Assembly (NCBI GenBank): GCA_965644295.1
Contig: CBFFRP010000288.1
Span: forward strand, 310,001 to 374,000
DNA length: 64,000 nt
DNA from: Paraphysomonas bandaiensis
Lineage: Eukaryota; Protista; Chrysophyceae
Direction of reading: 5' to 3'
The position numbers and the translations under genes were made by a program. The notes beneath the pieces are model-generated. The model worked only from the letters and a program-made list of their open reading frames with translations. It ran no database searches and had not been told where the DNA came from. Positions 1 through 13,359 of the stretch are shown piece after piece (position 1 is the first letter of the stretch; each line of letters opens with the position of its first letter).

Positions 1-439
1 CGCGTCTCCTGCCTCTGCTACGCATACCACCTCCACTGGGCTTGAATGTACTGATGTGACCACCACCAGCCATTGGGTTATATCCATGGGAAGTAGGCAT
101 GGAAGGTTTAGGAGAGGGCTTCGCTACAGATTTAGGTTTCTTTGGGACATCAGTGTCCGATGCCGCTTTCTCTTTGGCCGCGGCTTCGGACGCTTTAAGA
201 ATTTCTAATTGCTGGCGCAGTCTCACCCGTTTTCTCTCCTCATCTAAAATTTTTACACGAAGCGGATTTTGTGCGGCGCGATAAGCTCTCTCTTCTCTCC
301 ACTTTACCAAATAAGGCTTCAAAAGGTACAGGGCAATGATCGAAAAAACAAGGTACCACCCATAAGCAGCTAGAAATAATCGGATTTCGACGTAGATTTC
401 ACCCATCAGGGCACTCGAATTTGCAAACATACTGGACAT
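1..439 (-). CDS. SELENOS: Selenoprotein S (SelS/VIMP)-like ER membrane protein; 3' end lies outside the window
   Basis: Not in the ORF track because it has no stop in the window. Manual translation from ATG 439: MSSMFANSSALMGEIYVEIRLFLAAYGWYLVFSIIALYLLKPYLVKWREERAYRAAQNPLRVKILDEERKRVRLRQQLE...PTSHGYNPMAGGGHISTFKPSGGGMRSRGRRR. YGWY + one TM helix + coiled coil + GYNP(L/M) + G/R-rich tail are SelS hallmarks. Confidence 0.75.
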   Translation of the reverse strand, partial: MSSMFANSSALMGEIYVEIRLFLAAYGWYLVFSIIALYLLKPYLVKWREERAYRAAQNPLRVKILDEERKRVRLRQQLEILKASEAAAKEKAASDTDVPKKPKSVAKPSPKPSMPTSHGYNPMAGGGHISTFKPSGGGMRSRGRRR

Positions 440-475
440 CGTCAGAAGTGGGTCTTTCTGGTAACAATAGGTTAA

Positions 476-1785
476 TGTTGCTCGGTGATTTAGTACAGCA
501 AAGCCATCATATATAACAAGCTGCGTGGAATCGAACTGCGGTTTGTCGTCCGCTGATTTTGCAATCATTAATATAGGCAATAGAAAAGTGAACACCACAT
601 CAATATTGTAATGGCCACGCTAAATACTCCTTGCCAAAATATATATACAAATACAACACAGAGTCAGAAAAACATGAACACTAACGTACCACTATGTAGT
701 CAGGACTAATGACGTATAGCTAAGGCGTTCAGGACAAAGAAACACCCTCCAGTCACTGTAATACAATAGAGGTGAGTGTTGCTCGGTGATTTAGTACAGC
801 AAAGTCATCATATATAACAAGCTGCGTGGAATCGAACTGCGGTTTGTCGTCCGCTGATTTTGCAATCATTAATATAGGCAATAGAAAAGTGAACACCACA
901 TCAATATTGTAATGGCCACGCTAAATACTCCTTGCCAAAATATATATACAAATACAACACAGAGTCAGAAAAACATGAACACTAACGTACCACTATGTAG
1001 TCAGGACTAATGACGTATAGCTAAGGCGTTCAGGACAAAGAAACACCCTCCAGTCACTGTAATACAATAGAGGTGAGTGTTGCTCGGTGATTTAGTACAG
1101 CAAAGTCATCATATATAACAAGCTGCGTGGAATCGAACTGCGGTTTGTCGTCCGCTGATTTTGCAATCATTAATATAGGCAATAGAAAAGTGAACACCAC
1201 ATCAATATTGTAATGGCCACGCTAAATACTCCTTGCCAATATATATATACAATACAATACAGAGTCAGAAAAACATGAACACTAACGTACCACTATGTAG
1301 TCAGGACTAATGACGTATAGCTAAGGCGTTCAGGACAAAGAAACACCCTCCAGTCACTGTAATACAATAGAGGTGAGTGTTGCTCGGTGATTTAGTACAG
1401 CAAAGTCATCATATATAACAAGCTGCGTGGAATCGAACTGCGATTTGTCGTCCGCTGATTTTGCAATCATTAATATAGGCAATAGAAAAGTGAACACCAC
1501 ATCAATATTGTAATGGCCACGCTAAATACTCCTTGCCAAAATATATATACAAATACAACACAGAGTCAGAAAAACATGAACACTAACGTACCACTATGTA
1601 GTCAGGACTAATGACGTATAGCTAAGGCGTTCAGGACAAAGAAACACCCTCCAGTCACTGTAATACAATAGAGGTGAGTGTTGCTCGGTGATTTAGTACA
1701 GCAAAGCCATCATATATAACAAGCTGCGTGGAATCGAACTGCGGTTTGTCGTCCGCTGATTTTGCAATCATTAATATAGGCAATA
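476..1785. repeat. Tandem array of 300-301 bp units, ~4.4 copies (A-B-A-B-A-B-A-B-A; A ~107-110 bp)
   Basis: TGTTGCTCGGTGATTTAG recurs at 476, 777, 1078, 1378 and 1679. Units are near-identical and the array ends at GGCAATA 1785. Confidence 0.97.
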
Positions 1786-2436
1786 CACGATACACAACAC
1801 AAGCACTGTATAACACTTGCATCATTCTAAAATATGTCTTGCCAATAAAATATATACAGTACAAATACGAAATATGTACCTGAAGAGTTCAGTAGTTCAC
1901 AGTAATCACTGGCTTGTTATATAAAGAAATTATAGAGTGACATGTGGATGAATGAGTCAATTGATGAGCTTAAGACTGATGGAATAACTACACAGACACC
2001 CTATCGTTCCATATCGAATCTTTAACAGACACTACAAACCTGAAAAAAAAATGAGGAATATTTTTTTGGGGTGGAGGAATTTTTGTAGGATGGGATGTAT
2101 GTATGTAGTATGACTGTAGTGCAGAGTGTTGTACAAGGTGTGTGTGTATGTATACCTATACAGCAGCATGGAGTACACACAGAGCACCAGTATACAGTGT
2201 ATCTACAGCATCTAGCATATGGTATTCTACGTACCCATACATACACTCTCAGTCTCTTATGATATTAATCATGCATATAACTGTGATATACATACATATC
2301 AGTAACACTCATTCATATCAAATAGATTAAACACCCAACACTCTTCATTGATATTACCAATATTAGCCATCTTATCTCCGAGTGAATGGGTGTTTTCAGT
2401 ATCTGTTAAAGCTGTTACTTAACCCTTCAGTTCACT

Positions 2437-5400
2437 ATGAATTATCAAAATTCAGGACAACATCCATATGGATATCCTCAGGTAAAGAAACTACCAATAC
2501 ATCTAGCGATATGTGTTGATTGATTACAGGGGATACATCCACAGCATAGTCATAATCAGGGGCAACAATATCATCCTTATCACGCACCGCCTTATAGTAA
2601 TCATCCTGGTATGAGCATGCCTCCTAGAGGCTATCCTGTGCCCAATATGCCACCACAAGGTCATCCAGGGTATTCTGCTCCACATGGTCCACCGTATCAA
2701 CAGCCACACAACATTCAGCAGCATATTCATTCTCCTCCAGTGTGGAGTCCCAGTCCGTATGAGACATCTATTCTAGATGGATGGTTTCATAGTCTGGATC
2801 CGTCTGGTACAGGTATTATTCAAGGCGCACAAGCCGTAGGGTTCTTGAAGCGGTCCAATTTACACCGCGATATATTACGAAAAATATGGAGCTTAGTTGA
2901 CACTCAAAACCGTGGATTTATCGACAAGAGGCAATTTGGCGTTGTTATGCGACTGGTGGCCCTTTCCTGCATGAACCCTCATGCCCCCGTAACCATGGAT
3001 AGATACTACCAAACTTGCCATGACAGTAGTATTGTACTTCCCCCGATGGCTGCTGTAGTGGACTCCTGTACTTCTGTGTCAAGTGGTGGTAGCCAACATC
3101 TAGGCACCAGTCACTCGGGATCATTCCCACCACCAGCGGGACCACACCCCAGTGTGCAGCCTGGACATGCTCCTTACGGTAACCCCGTACAGACCAACCC
3201 CTCACAGCAGATGCAGGTACCTCAGCCTCACACTGGACAGCCCTCAGGACATGTTCCCCCACCAGTCGAACGCTTGAGGGTACCATCCGTAATTGATATG
3301 GGTGTGGATGACGATGCCGTATCAGAGTTCAGCGACTACACTTCTCAGTCTACGGGTATAGTGAATGCTGCCTCTCCGTATCCCTCTATTCCCGCCCAAA
3401 ATACCGACGATGGGTTCGACGACGATATGGGGGACTTCCAAGCACCCAGTGGAGGGGGAAACACTTTAGATGACGATGACATGGGTGACTTCCAAGCACC
3501 TAATGGAGGGGGTAATGCTGTAGAAGACGATGATATGGGGGATTTTCAAGCACCCACGATACCGGACACGGCCTCCCAATCTGCTGTTCCGGCTGCATCC
3601 GACCCAGGGAAAAATGCATTTAGCAGCGATATGGGCGACTTTCAGTCCGTTCCAGCTCCTGCAGCCCCAGTTAGCTTATCATCTCCTGATAGTGCAACGA
3701 AGGGTAAGAAAAGTATTCAGGATATGCTTGCCATGGTTGCTGCCGATCCCCTCAATACCCACGCCCCGACTTTAAAGCAATGGCAACAGTCACATCCAAG
3801 CGAATCTTCTGCTGGGAGTACCAGTAAACCTGTCGCGACTGCACCTGAAGAAATTGACCTTCTTGTAATGGATGATTCACCTGTAGTAACGTCACCATTA
3901 GGTGCAAAACCCCAAGGACATAGGGCTAATGCCAACATGTCAGTGTTCGACGAACTGGTGGAGCAAGATCTGCAAGAACAGGCTGAAGAGTGGGACGATT
4001 TCGTTGAAGTGACCGAACCTGAGTCCTCCACAATGAACGCTGTCGCCCCTGTGGAAGTAGAGTCAGCATATGAAAACCCATTCGATCAGTTTTTTACGCC
4101 GTCCGATGTACAGCCAGTTGAGGATGATGATTTTGGGGGGTTTGAGAGTGCTACCGTAGAAATTTCTGAACAAAGGAGTGATGGAGTAAACGCTATGGAA
4201 CCAGCTGCATCGTCTTTCAATCAGGAAGACAGGGAGAGAGAAAGTGACGACTTTGGGGGCTTTCAGTCTAGCAGTACTGCCCCCAATGAGTTGTTTTACA
4301 CGACTTCTGAGTCAGTAGAAATTAATGCAACGTCAGCTAACTCAGCGAAGCTAAAGGAGCCTTTTGATTCTGGTAATGAGTCCTTTATATCTCCCCCCGC
4401 TGATAAAACGAATAATGAAGTAATAGAGAATGATGAATTCGATGCTGATTTCGGAGAATTTGAAGAAGCTAGTAGTAGTGTTCCATCGAATGTTTCACGC
4501 GTGCACGATATTTCAGTGACTAAAGATGTGGTACTCGAGCCAGCGGGAGAAGAATTGCCTGTGGACGATACAAATCCGAGAGAGAGCGATGACTTTGGAG
4601 ATTTTGCTGATGCGATTCCAATGTCGAATGTCATGAGTGCTGGAGACGGTGATGTCATAATAGAAACAGTTGTGGAACATGAAAACGTAGAAGGCTTCAA
4701 TGCACCTGCTGCCAGTGCCGAGGTATCAGAAGAAAACGTCGATCCTGTCGACGACGATTTCGATGATTTTGAAGGGCCTGTGAGTGCTCCAATTGCACCA
4801 TCATCTCCATCTCCGGAGCCACCTTTACCTAAGACTGAGTCAAATGACTCAGATGACCCTTTCGCTGTGCTCGGCCCAAAGGCAGAGTCCACTGTGCTGG
4901 AAGACCTCGTGTCTGACTTCGAGCCAATGTCGAACCCTGTTGCTAGTACGGGTTCTCTGGTGGACCTCGATATGTTTTACTCTCCTACTGAGTCTACACC
5001 TGTTGCTACTTCTGGAGGTTCCGTTGCAGTCACTGGTGGTTCTGTATCATTGTTTGATGAGTTCGTCCCGTCAACTTCCAAGACTACTGTCAGTGAGAGT
5101 GACTCGGACTTACTATTAGCGTTTAGTACTGTTCCTTTGCCGTCGAAACAGCTTCCTCAGCCGGTTGACCGTAATTTGACATTCGACGAACTTGAAAACC
5201 TTTGTGCAGTTCTCTTCGATCTCAACCTCTATACAGAGGCGTATTGTGCGCTGCGGCAGGCAAAAACTGTTCGGCGCATCAAGGAACTGGGAAATAGCAA
5301 GATGCAGGCTGTAGAGAACGATGACCTTGAGTTGGCTATCCAACTGAGAGATGAAATAACGAGAGAGAGAGAAAATAACCTTATCGCAGGAAGAGAAGAA

Positions 5401-6355
5401 GAGGGACAGTGGTTGGAAGCTGCACATGCAGGGAAAAAGAGAGAGGCCCTGGAGGATGTCGTCGAATTCATAGAATCCATCGATGCTGTCTGCGGTCAAA
5501 GAGTGCGGGCAATATATCTTTCATTGGCTCCGGATGAATCGTCCCCTTTAATGGAACGACTTCACTTTTACGTTAATGCCAAGCGTGTCTTACAGACTAC
5601 TATCGCTGTGAGAACTTCACACAAAGAACATGTAACTCACTGGAAAAAAATGATGACAGAGATTTCTCGGATTCTTAATGATTCTATGGGATCGATTCAG
5701 GACTTCGAACGCCTTTCGGAGTCGGATCAGCTGGTAGTCCGTCAATCTGAACCCATGAAAGTTTTTGTTGAAGGTCTAATTCGCGTAGTGGAGGTAGGAA
5801 AATGGATATCGGCCACCTGTCTGGAAACTATGGTAGAAACTGCCGCGGCGGCAAAGACACTGTCGTTGTGTGACTCAGTTACCGTTGGATTGTGCGCACT
5901 TGCGTCACCTGGTCAGCACGTAAGTACCGGCCACTATTTCTTTGTATTCTGTAGATTGTATTCATAAAGTGCAGTATAACTTGTCTAATTCATTGCTATC
6001 AGTGCCCAACTGACTCGATTACTCAATTGGCATCTAAGAGTACTGAACTCATTGGCCGGAAGGACGTTGCTGCATGTGCCATTACTCTACGACCAGTTGT
6101 ACCAAGTCAAAGCAAAGGTTAACAAGTTCTTCAGTGATGAAACACTTACTTACATATATTTTATGCAGACAATTCTAATAAAATCGTGAGTGGAACATCT
6201 TTGTGTGAGGTACTTGGGTTGCCATATATGCAGGTATTCGCACATACTGCTATCCTATCGATGTGAGTGACTTTAATTTTCAGGCCGCGGTTAGTTTTTG
6301 GGTTGCTAATTTCCCAGATTCGAATCCACCTTCAGATCCAATTATGTTAACGTAG
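2437..6355 (+). CDS. EH-domain clathrin/AP-1 accessory protein, synergin-gamma-like (spliced)
   Basis: Exon 1 2437-2481; a GT-AG intron (2482-2529) joins in frame to ORF 2611-5967. EH domain (F..LD..G.G.I.G..A..FL..S.L....L..IW.L.D....G.ID...F), many DD(F/M)GDF/FGEF motifs and an NPF. Further exons after a donor at ~5920 end in AAVSFWVANFPDSNPP...TAG 6355, resembling the synergin C-terminus. Confidence 0.75.
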
Positions 6356-6683
6356 GCAGATATATTTATAGAGTTAAGTCCGTTATGATGTGACAATATT
6401 TCGCTGCTAATAATTTCAATGGTCATTTACGATTCCGCTGTAGATTTTTTGCAGTACACTGAATATAAAAAATGCGTGCATCCATTTATTCTAATTGGTT
6501 GTAAAGAATGTTCTCCTCTAAGCTTCTTCATACACTCAATGAGTGTTAAATGTTCTTAGTACGAATTTCACAATTTCAATCAAAAATGAACATATTATTA
6601 GACTTTACACCTCCAGCAAACTCAAAACTCCCATTAATGCTATATACTTATTCCAACACTGGCCACTAAGCTCTTATGTATAA

Positions 6684-6775
6684 CAGGGCCTGGTAACCAT
6701 TAATGGTAGTCCAGTTCCCGGCATTAATGAAAAATGTCCCGGTAATTGTAATGGCTATTAATACCTACTAAGCAG
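6684..6775. mobile_element. Degenerate copy of the CAGGG-ended MITE family seen at 34548
   Basis: CAGGGCCTGGTAACCATTAATGGTAGTCCAGTTCCCGG matches the left end of 34548-34878. The right end is eroded. Confidence 0.6.
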
Positions 6776-6948
6776 ATAATTCCGCTCATAATAGATGGTG
6801 TTCTCTTAATGTCTCGTGACACTAATAACCTGGGCTAGATAAAGTGTAAAAATCCATTATATTGCAATTATTATTTATTTTTGCTTGCTACATTCTAGCA
6901 AAACTTGGCCTCGCAATTAAATGCAATATATATTTTGATATATATTTT

Positions 6949-7133
6949 CCCCATTCCGAGGGCGTGGCCACAACACCGAGATATAGCACTGATTCTACCA
7001 CCCACCTACCCGTGTACCAACGTAGCTGACCGCATAGATCACGCGCAGATTCTGGCGCCCCACCCGTGTTTACCTTTGCTATGATTACGCGGGTTTTCTC
7101 ATAACTTCACTAGGGTACGCTCTCGGAATGGGG
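6949..7133. mobile_element. MITE with 17-bp TIRs (CCCCATTCCGAG family), short form
   Basis: Left end CCCCATTCCGAGGGCGT; right end ACGCTCTCGGAATGGGG (reverse complement has 1 mismatch). Interior matches parts of 47125-47668. Confidence 0.8.
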
Positions 7134-10100
7134 CAGTTGTCATTTCTGGGGTCGTGTGAATGTATTAAGAACTCTGTAGAAGTCTGTAATAGGAGGAATT
7201 ATGGATTGATGATAATATGATGGTTGTCTGATTGATTAAAATACACTTTTCAAACAAAACATGGTTCAGCTAAAATACTTCTAATCTTTTCATACAAGAC
7301 ATATTACAACAACAACAACTAAAACACTTTTCAAACAAGTTATGTTTCAACTGAAATTCTTCAAAAACGTTTAACTCAGATACTTTTCAACGATGATATG
7401 TTTCAAGTAAAGCACGAGCTTTAGCTAATTCTCCAGCGACTGTCTTTTAGCTTCATCTCGTACTATTTTCTTGGTCACTTTCTCAGCCTTATACTCCTAT
7501 GAAGATAAGGAATTAAATCTATCCTCCTCTGATTGCCTTCTTGCCGATAGAGCCTGAGACGCCTTCGCCTGCTTCGCCAAAGCTGCGGCATTATTTCTTT
7601 CTTCTCACCTCTCATCTTTGCAAAATTCTCTACTATATCAGGGTCTTAACAAGCCTTTTCCTCCTTGTACCTAGACACAGTTTGGCGGTGAGTAAAATTT
7701 TAGAGTGTAAAATTTAGACCAGTGACGTACATGGGTGAGATTGTCCCGTTTTCTTGTGTTAAATGTAACAGTTTTTCGTCTTATTATTCGCGCACACATA
7801 AACATTTTGAAAGCGCTTCATAATATAGTTTTATTTAACCACGGGCAATAAAGAGGCTATATCGTCCCGCGCTCAAAATTTTGAAACGAAGGCAAAAAGC
7901 TTTTAAAATTTAGACAAGGGACGAAACTCCTTATCCCCAGGATACATTGTAGCTTATCCCCATGATGTTGAAAACTCAATATTAGAATGTATAGCTATTA
8001 ATAGCTTGGTTGTTGTAAAAAAGGTAAAACTAGGTGTTTCCTGATTAACATTAAGAAAACAAATTAGAATTCATAGTAATACTGTATATGCTTTGAGAAT
8101 AGCAATTGCACTATAGAACAACTCAAACAATAAACCCCCAAATTTATATATATAATAGCTATAACAAATGCACTCCTACCACAAATAGACGGATACTGAG
8201 TAAATAGCAACTGCGAGGTGTTGAAATTCGTACATAGGCGTGATGATGAATATGAACAGTGGTAGTCGTACGAAAGGCTTCTTATTGCCTTAATTATCAT
8301 CATCATCACATTGAATGATGTGTGTATGATTTGATGTACACAATATCCTCTCATAAGCACAATGTGACCCAAGCCATGAAAGAACTGGATGAAGCTGCCC
8401 TTAACCACCTATACATCATCAGATATAACACTTAAACTGTCCTGAAATATACTTGAAGTTGGTTCGAAGTACTGAACATGAAGGTAGATCCCTTGCACTG
8501 ACATCATTATGATCTTCTACAGCAGATGAAGGATGGAATACGACTTGGAGTTGGCTCATGATTGTGAGTTCTCTACAATTGTGTACTATAAAGAATTCAC
8601 ATGCATACATACATACATACATACATATGACTGCCAACATCATAATTAAGATAGAAGTGAGCTCCTTTTGAACCGAATATTGAATTTGAATGTCTATATA
8701 TTGCCCAGTGCTGATATGAGAGCCCTGGAGCCAAAATCAGGTAAAAAATGCTTTTTTTGAGACAAAATGGGGATAATGAATATATTGAAACGGTTGTCTG
8801 TAAACTATAATAAATAGTTCCTTGCTTGCTTGCACACGCTCGCTAGAAATAGTTGCTGCGAGATAACTTTGGACAAATAGTTGTGACATACGAAGGTTTG
8901 AGTATGTGCAATTAACAAAGACAAATTCGAATGTCATTGCGGTGGTCTACAGCATTTATTACACTTGTTACATCATGCGGTATACATTCATAAATAACTT
9001 ACTACACGGAAATTAAAAATAAATCATTACTGTTTTAGTTTATATCAAGTAGTTCATGTAAATATGGCATACGATGATTTAAGTATGTACTATTGACCGA
9101 AATGTCATATCATTGCGGCGATCTACAACATACACCATACTAGTTACATATATCATGAAATACATACTCACAAACAACATCGTCTTACAACTTACTGCAA
9201 GGGAAATATGTATGTCCTTAAATTCTAATTCGCGTTAAAATATTCATGATAAAGCATAATGATATATATATAAAGCCACCTATCTTCAAATCTTGTTTCC
9301 TAGTTTTGTTTCTCCCTCCATTGCCTCATTCTCTTTGGATATCTTTGCATAAAACCTTCTTTCCATAGTTGCCCTGCACTGCTGCAGAAGAGCTTCATGT
9401 AAACACTTTTAGCCGTATACCTCATCCGCTGGTAGCTCTTTCTGAAGCTCCTTCAAAAGATATCTAATGACAAATCAATCAGGGGACAGTCTTCATCTAC
9501 TTGGGATGTATGATTGTCACGAGCACTTCGTGATGATGGGATTGTGTGATCCCCACTTGTGGTCAATGCTTGGTTGGTTTTACTGCATGATTACAGCATA
9601 AAATCAATGAAATTAAGTGTCTACAGTGGACAGAGCAGCACAAGAGTATGTTCCGAATAGTGTTATCATTAAGATATGTGTATTGGGATGTGGTGTGTAG
9701 ATATGAAGAGTCTGCCATCCCCATTCGAATAGAATAATATCCACATATAGTGCATGCTGCCCCTCTGATGTTTTAAACGGTATAGTGTATGTGATGGGAT
9801 TATATGGATAAGCCTGTATACGAAGTAGCTGTAGAGTCTGCTGAGAGAGACTGCTGTACGACGCACGTAGTTTTGGACACACTCCCAATTCTGAAATGCC
9901 CACAATGTGCTGCTGTCTTGAACAACATTAAAATCAGGGTTTTCAGAAATATATATTGGTGTTTTTGTATAAAATAGTACCACAACACCAGTACAAGAGT
10001 ACGTATTAACGGATACAAATATTATATATACAATTATTGTGAAACGTTTACATTCATATACATACATACAGAGGGGATCTGTGTGTCTATATACTGCTGC

Positions 10101-10383
10101 TGTAGGGTTGATTTCGTACACTACAAGAAGCAATTGAATAGATACATACATACACACATACATGCATACATAGAGAGAGAGTTCACCTCGACAGGTTTAT
10201 ATATGCATATATACACTATAACACAAACACAGTAGTGATCAATTCGATTTTTCTTGCATCATATAATTCATTCATCAGTTACTGAATACTAATACATACA
10301 ATCACCATGTATCTCATCATCTAATAGATCATATCACAACAAATTTCAATTCTTTAATTAAAGACACATTCATTCTATCAAAT

Positions 10384-12573
10384 ATGTCCACAATAATACC
10401 ATCTGAAGAGATTATTCCAAAAGAAAATGAAAAAGCAAAGGCTGTATCAGAAGAGTTGACTATGGGCATGTTACGTGACTATGTTACTGAACTTGAAGAA
10501 CAGAAAACGAAACTGCTTTTAAAAGTTGAAGAATATAGAAAAAAACTTGAACAACAAGAAAGTGATCAAAGGGATATTTATTATTATCTTAATAAAAAAC
10601 TTGATGAAAATTATGAAACAATTGCAGCACTTGAAGAGCAAATTCTATCTGAGCAGGCTGATCGAGAGCATCAAGAGAAGGCATTAGAGAAAAAAATTGC
10701 CACACTTGAGCAAGATTATATTGCTATGGAGTCTAAACTTGTGGCTAAACTTAACGATGCAGAAGAGAAGTTAAATAAGCTGAAAGAATTTGGCGAAAAT
10801 AAGGAAGAGCTTGATCGAAATTTGGAAAATCTGTTAGACACGTTAGAGAAGGAGCGTGCCCAGTTTCGTGCTCTTGCAGATGATATGGACCGGAGAGCAG
10901 TACAAGAAAGAGATAAAATTAGGAAGGAATTTAGTCGCCAATTTGAAGAATACAAGAAAAATCTTCAGGATGGAGCTGACAGCAAATTGTCTATTAAGAC
11001 GAAGAAAACGCAGGCAATGAATGCAATGATACGAACGGAACTTGGATACCAGGTATAACATTTTCATCTCACGCTCCTGGCTCACAAATGTTTTTTAGTC
11101 GAAACAGGCTGACCAAGTTCTGATTTACAATCAGCGTGTACTTGAGAAAGACAGAGAACTTAGACAGGAATTAGAGCTGTGCCGGGTCACGCAAACAGAG
11201 ATGATAAATCGGCTCGCTTTGTATCAACGTCTAATTAAACAACTAAATGAACGAATCAGCAGTGAGGTTTGGTCTTGATATCTGTCAGATCACATTTAAC
11301 TTATACCAGGAGTCCCAATCGGCCGAAACAATTGGAAATTTAAAGGCTACAATCGATGAAAAGGTTCCTTTTTCTTGAGTTTGAGCCTTACCGTCCTTAG
11401 TGACGCGCTTATGTATGTAGGAATATGAAATAAAACACTTAAAGGAGAGTATACAGGCCCTCAACGATAAATCCTCGCGGGATAAACTTGAACAGGTCTT
11501 CTTTTGCGGGTATGATAATGCGTTTCATATGCCTTTAGGACAAGATGTGGAAATATATTTTGAAAAAGTTTGGTCGCACTCCTGGCAGTCACCTTGGAGA
11601 AAATAGTGTTGTAGACGTAAGACCAATTGTGTCGTCATTGCTGTTTCTCACTTTTTACATTCAGATTGAAGAGGGTGGCCCATACGATGATGTATTGTGC
11701 GATATTGTGGCATACGTACTGCAGAAGTACCCTGAAAGGTGTCTACATCCCTCGTCTTGGTTTTAAGTGATATGTGATATTTCATTCAGATTTTCTGCAC
11801 TGGCTACTAGCTCGCTTACTACTTCAGACCAGAACACAATCCTTCCCAAAATAACTAAAGGTCATATTTCGTCAACCAGTGCATCAATAGATCGAGATCA
11901 GGCTAGTAATTCTCTGACTGGAATACAAGCCTGGGATAATGCCAGGTGTCTTGAGTTTTTTAATCATTTAGTTCAATTTATGATCACTGTTGCTTCCAGG
12001 TCATCTAAGCTTAAGTGGTGGAACTCGATGGCTAAAGCAGGTGATCCCAGTGATTCACTTCCAGATTTTCGAAATGTGGGTGTTCAAACTGACGGGCAAA
12101 TCCTACCTTTTCCACCTGGATCTCCTTGGAGAAAACGAGATGTACCCGCTAAATCCGTTGCCGAATCATTACAGGACGTACCTAATGAATTTACCCAAGA
12201 ATCCTCCCAGGTGAAAACTACAGAAACTTCTCAACTTTCCGGTGGCCAGAGTGATCTACCACGTCATCAGGAGCCTTTACCTAGTGGCATAAGTACCAAC
12301 GGTCCAAGTGCGAAAGCAGTTGATCCTTTGATGAAGAAGCGTCACAAGAGAAGGTATTATGAACAGGCAAAGACTTCGAATATTGTGAATTCAGAATTGG
12401 TTAGGCATGTACGTGTGGTGCAAAAATCTCGTCACACTTCCGTTAGTTGTGATGATGGTAGTGTTCAGTCGTTTCCTTTGAGTAAAAGGAGCCTGGAAGT
12501 AGATACTGAAGCAATGTCTATAAGTGGTCATTCTGTACCAGTGGGTCATGTGACACCGACTCAATCATCGTGA
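10384..12573 (+). CDS. Coiled-coil protein, probably cilia/basal-body associated (CFAP157/BBOF1-like), multi-exon
   Basis: Long heptad-rich ORF 10384-11058 with DQRDIYYYLNKKLDENYETIAALEEQI, followed by short GT-AG-bounded exons and a terminal ORF ending at 12573. The family call is by motif resemblance only. Confidence 0.6.
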
Positions 12574-12936
12574 CATTGACTGCGTATGATGAATCCGTGG
12601 ATGTGTCATCAGTGATTTCTCTTGTTATAATCGTGAGTTAATGTTGTCGTTTAAGAAGTTGTAGGTGGTTGTTGCTGCTGTAGGAAAGAATGGGCTAATA
12701 ACTAATCTTTTTTAAAGATTATACCATTAAGTACAGTACTAGCTTCTATCAGTTGATATGTAGTCTCGTACTTTGCGTATTTATCACGTAATCTATTTTG
12801 TGAGTATCCACAAAATAAAATCCACCTAAGGAAATTTCAGTGGCCTCAGAGTGACTTAGCAGCTCGTCTACTATGACTCCATGGTGACGACACATAAAAC
12901 TAGACGGCCAACTAAGCACTTTTTCAGAACACTAAG

Positions 12937-13359
12937 AAGATATATCATATACTTCAGACCACGGTCTCAGCCAAAATTCAATACTACTCTAGTTAGTATT
13001 TAAATAGAACAATGTACATGAAGTAGTTCGAAAGTTCTTCATCACTCTCAGTCAGGCAGGGATAGGGAACAATATATTGTATTGCAATATATTGTCAAAT
13101 ATATACACCAATATTCATATAAATATGGTGTTACTAAGTTGTTACTAAGATATATCATATACTTCAGACCACGGTCTCAGCCAAAATTCAATACTACTCT
13201 AGTTAGTATTTAAATAGAACAATGTACATGAAGTAGTTCGAAAGTTCTTCATCACTCTCAGTCAGGCAGGGATAGGGAACAATATATTGTATTGCAATAT
13301 ATTGTCAAATATATACACCAATATTCATATAAATATGGTGTTACTAAGTTGTTACTAAG
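12937..13359. repeat. 210-bp tandem duplication covering the flank and left end of the hAT-like element
   Basis: AAGATATATCATATACTTCAGACC starts at 12937 and 13147; the copies are identical. Confidence 0.92.

Noticed and set aside
476-1785. CRISPR array or intact tRNA gene array
   Set aside because: The spacers are identical and the context is eukaryotic. The B-box and TTGCAAA loop lack a pairing T-stem, D-arm and acceptor stem.
2945-5499. Antisense and alternative-frame ORFs overlapping long genes (also within VPS15, the 847-aa gene and Dispatched)
   Set aside because: They are shadow ORFs of the coding strand with no independent motifs.
7400-9600. Coding-looking fragments (e.g. NNAAALAKQAKASQALSARRQSEEDRF at ~7.5 kb; CLHEALLQQCRATMERRFY at ~9.4 kb)
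   Set aside because: Multiple stops and no recognisable family. Probably decayed genes or TEs, but no call can be supported.
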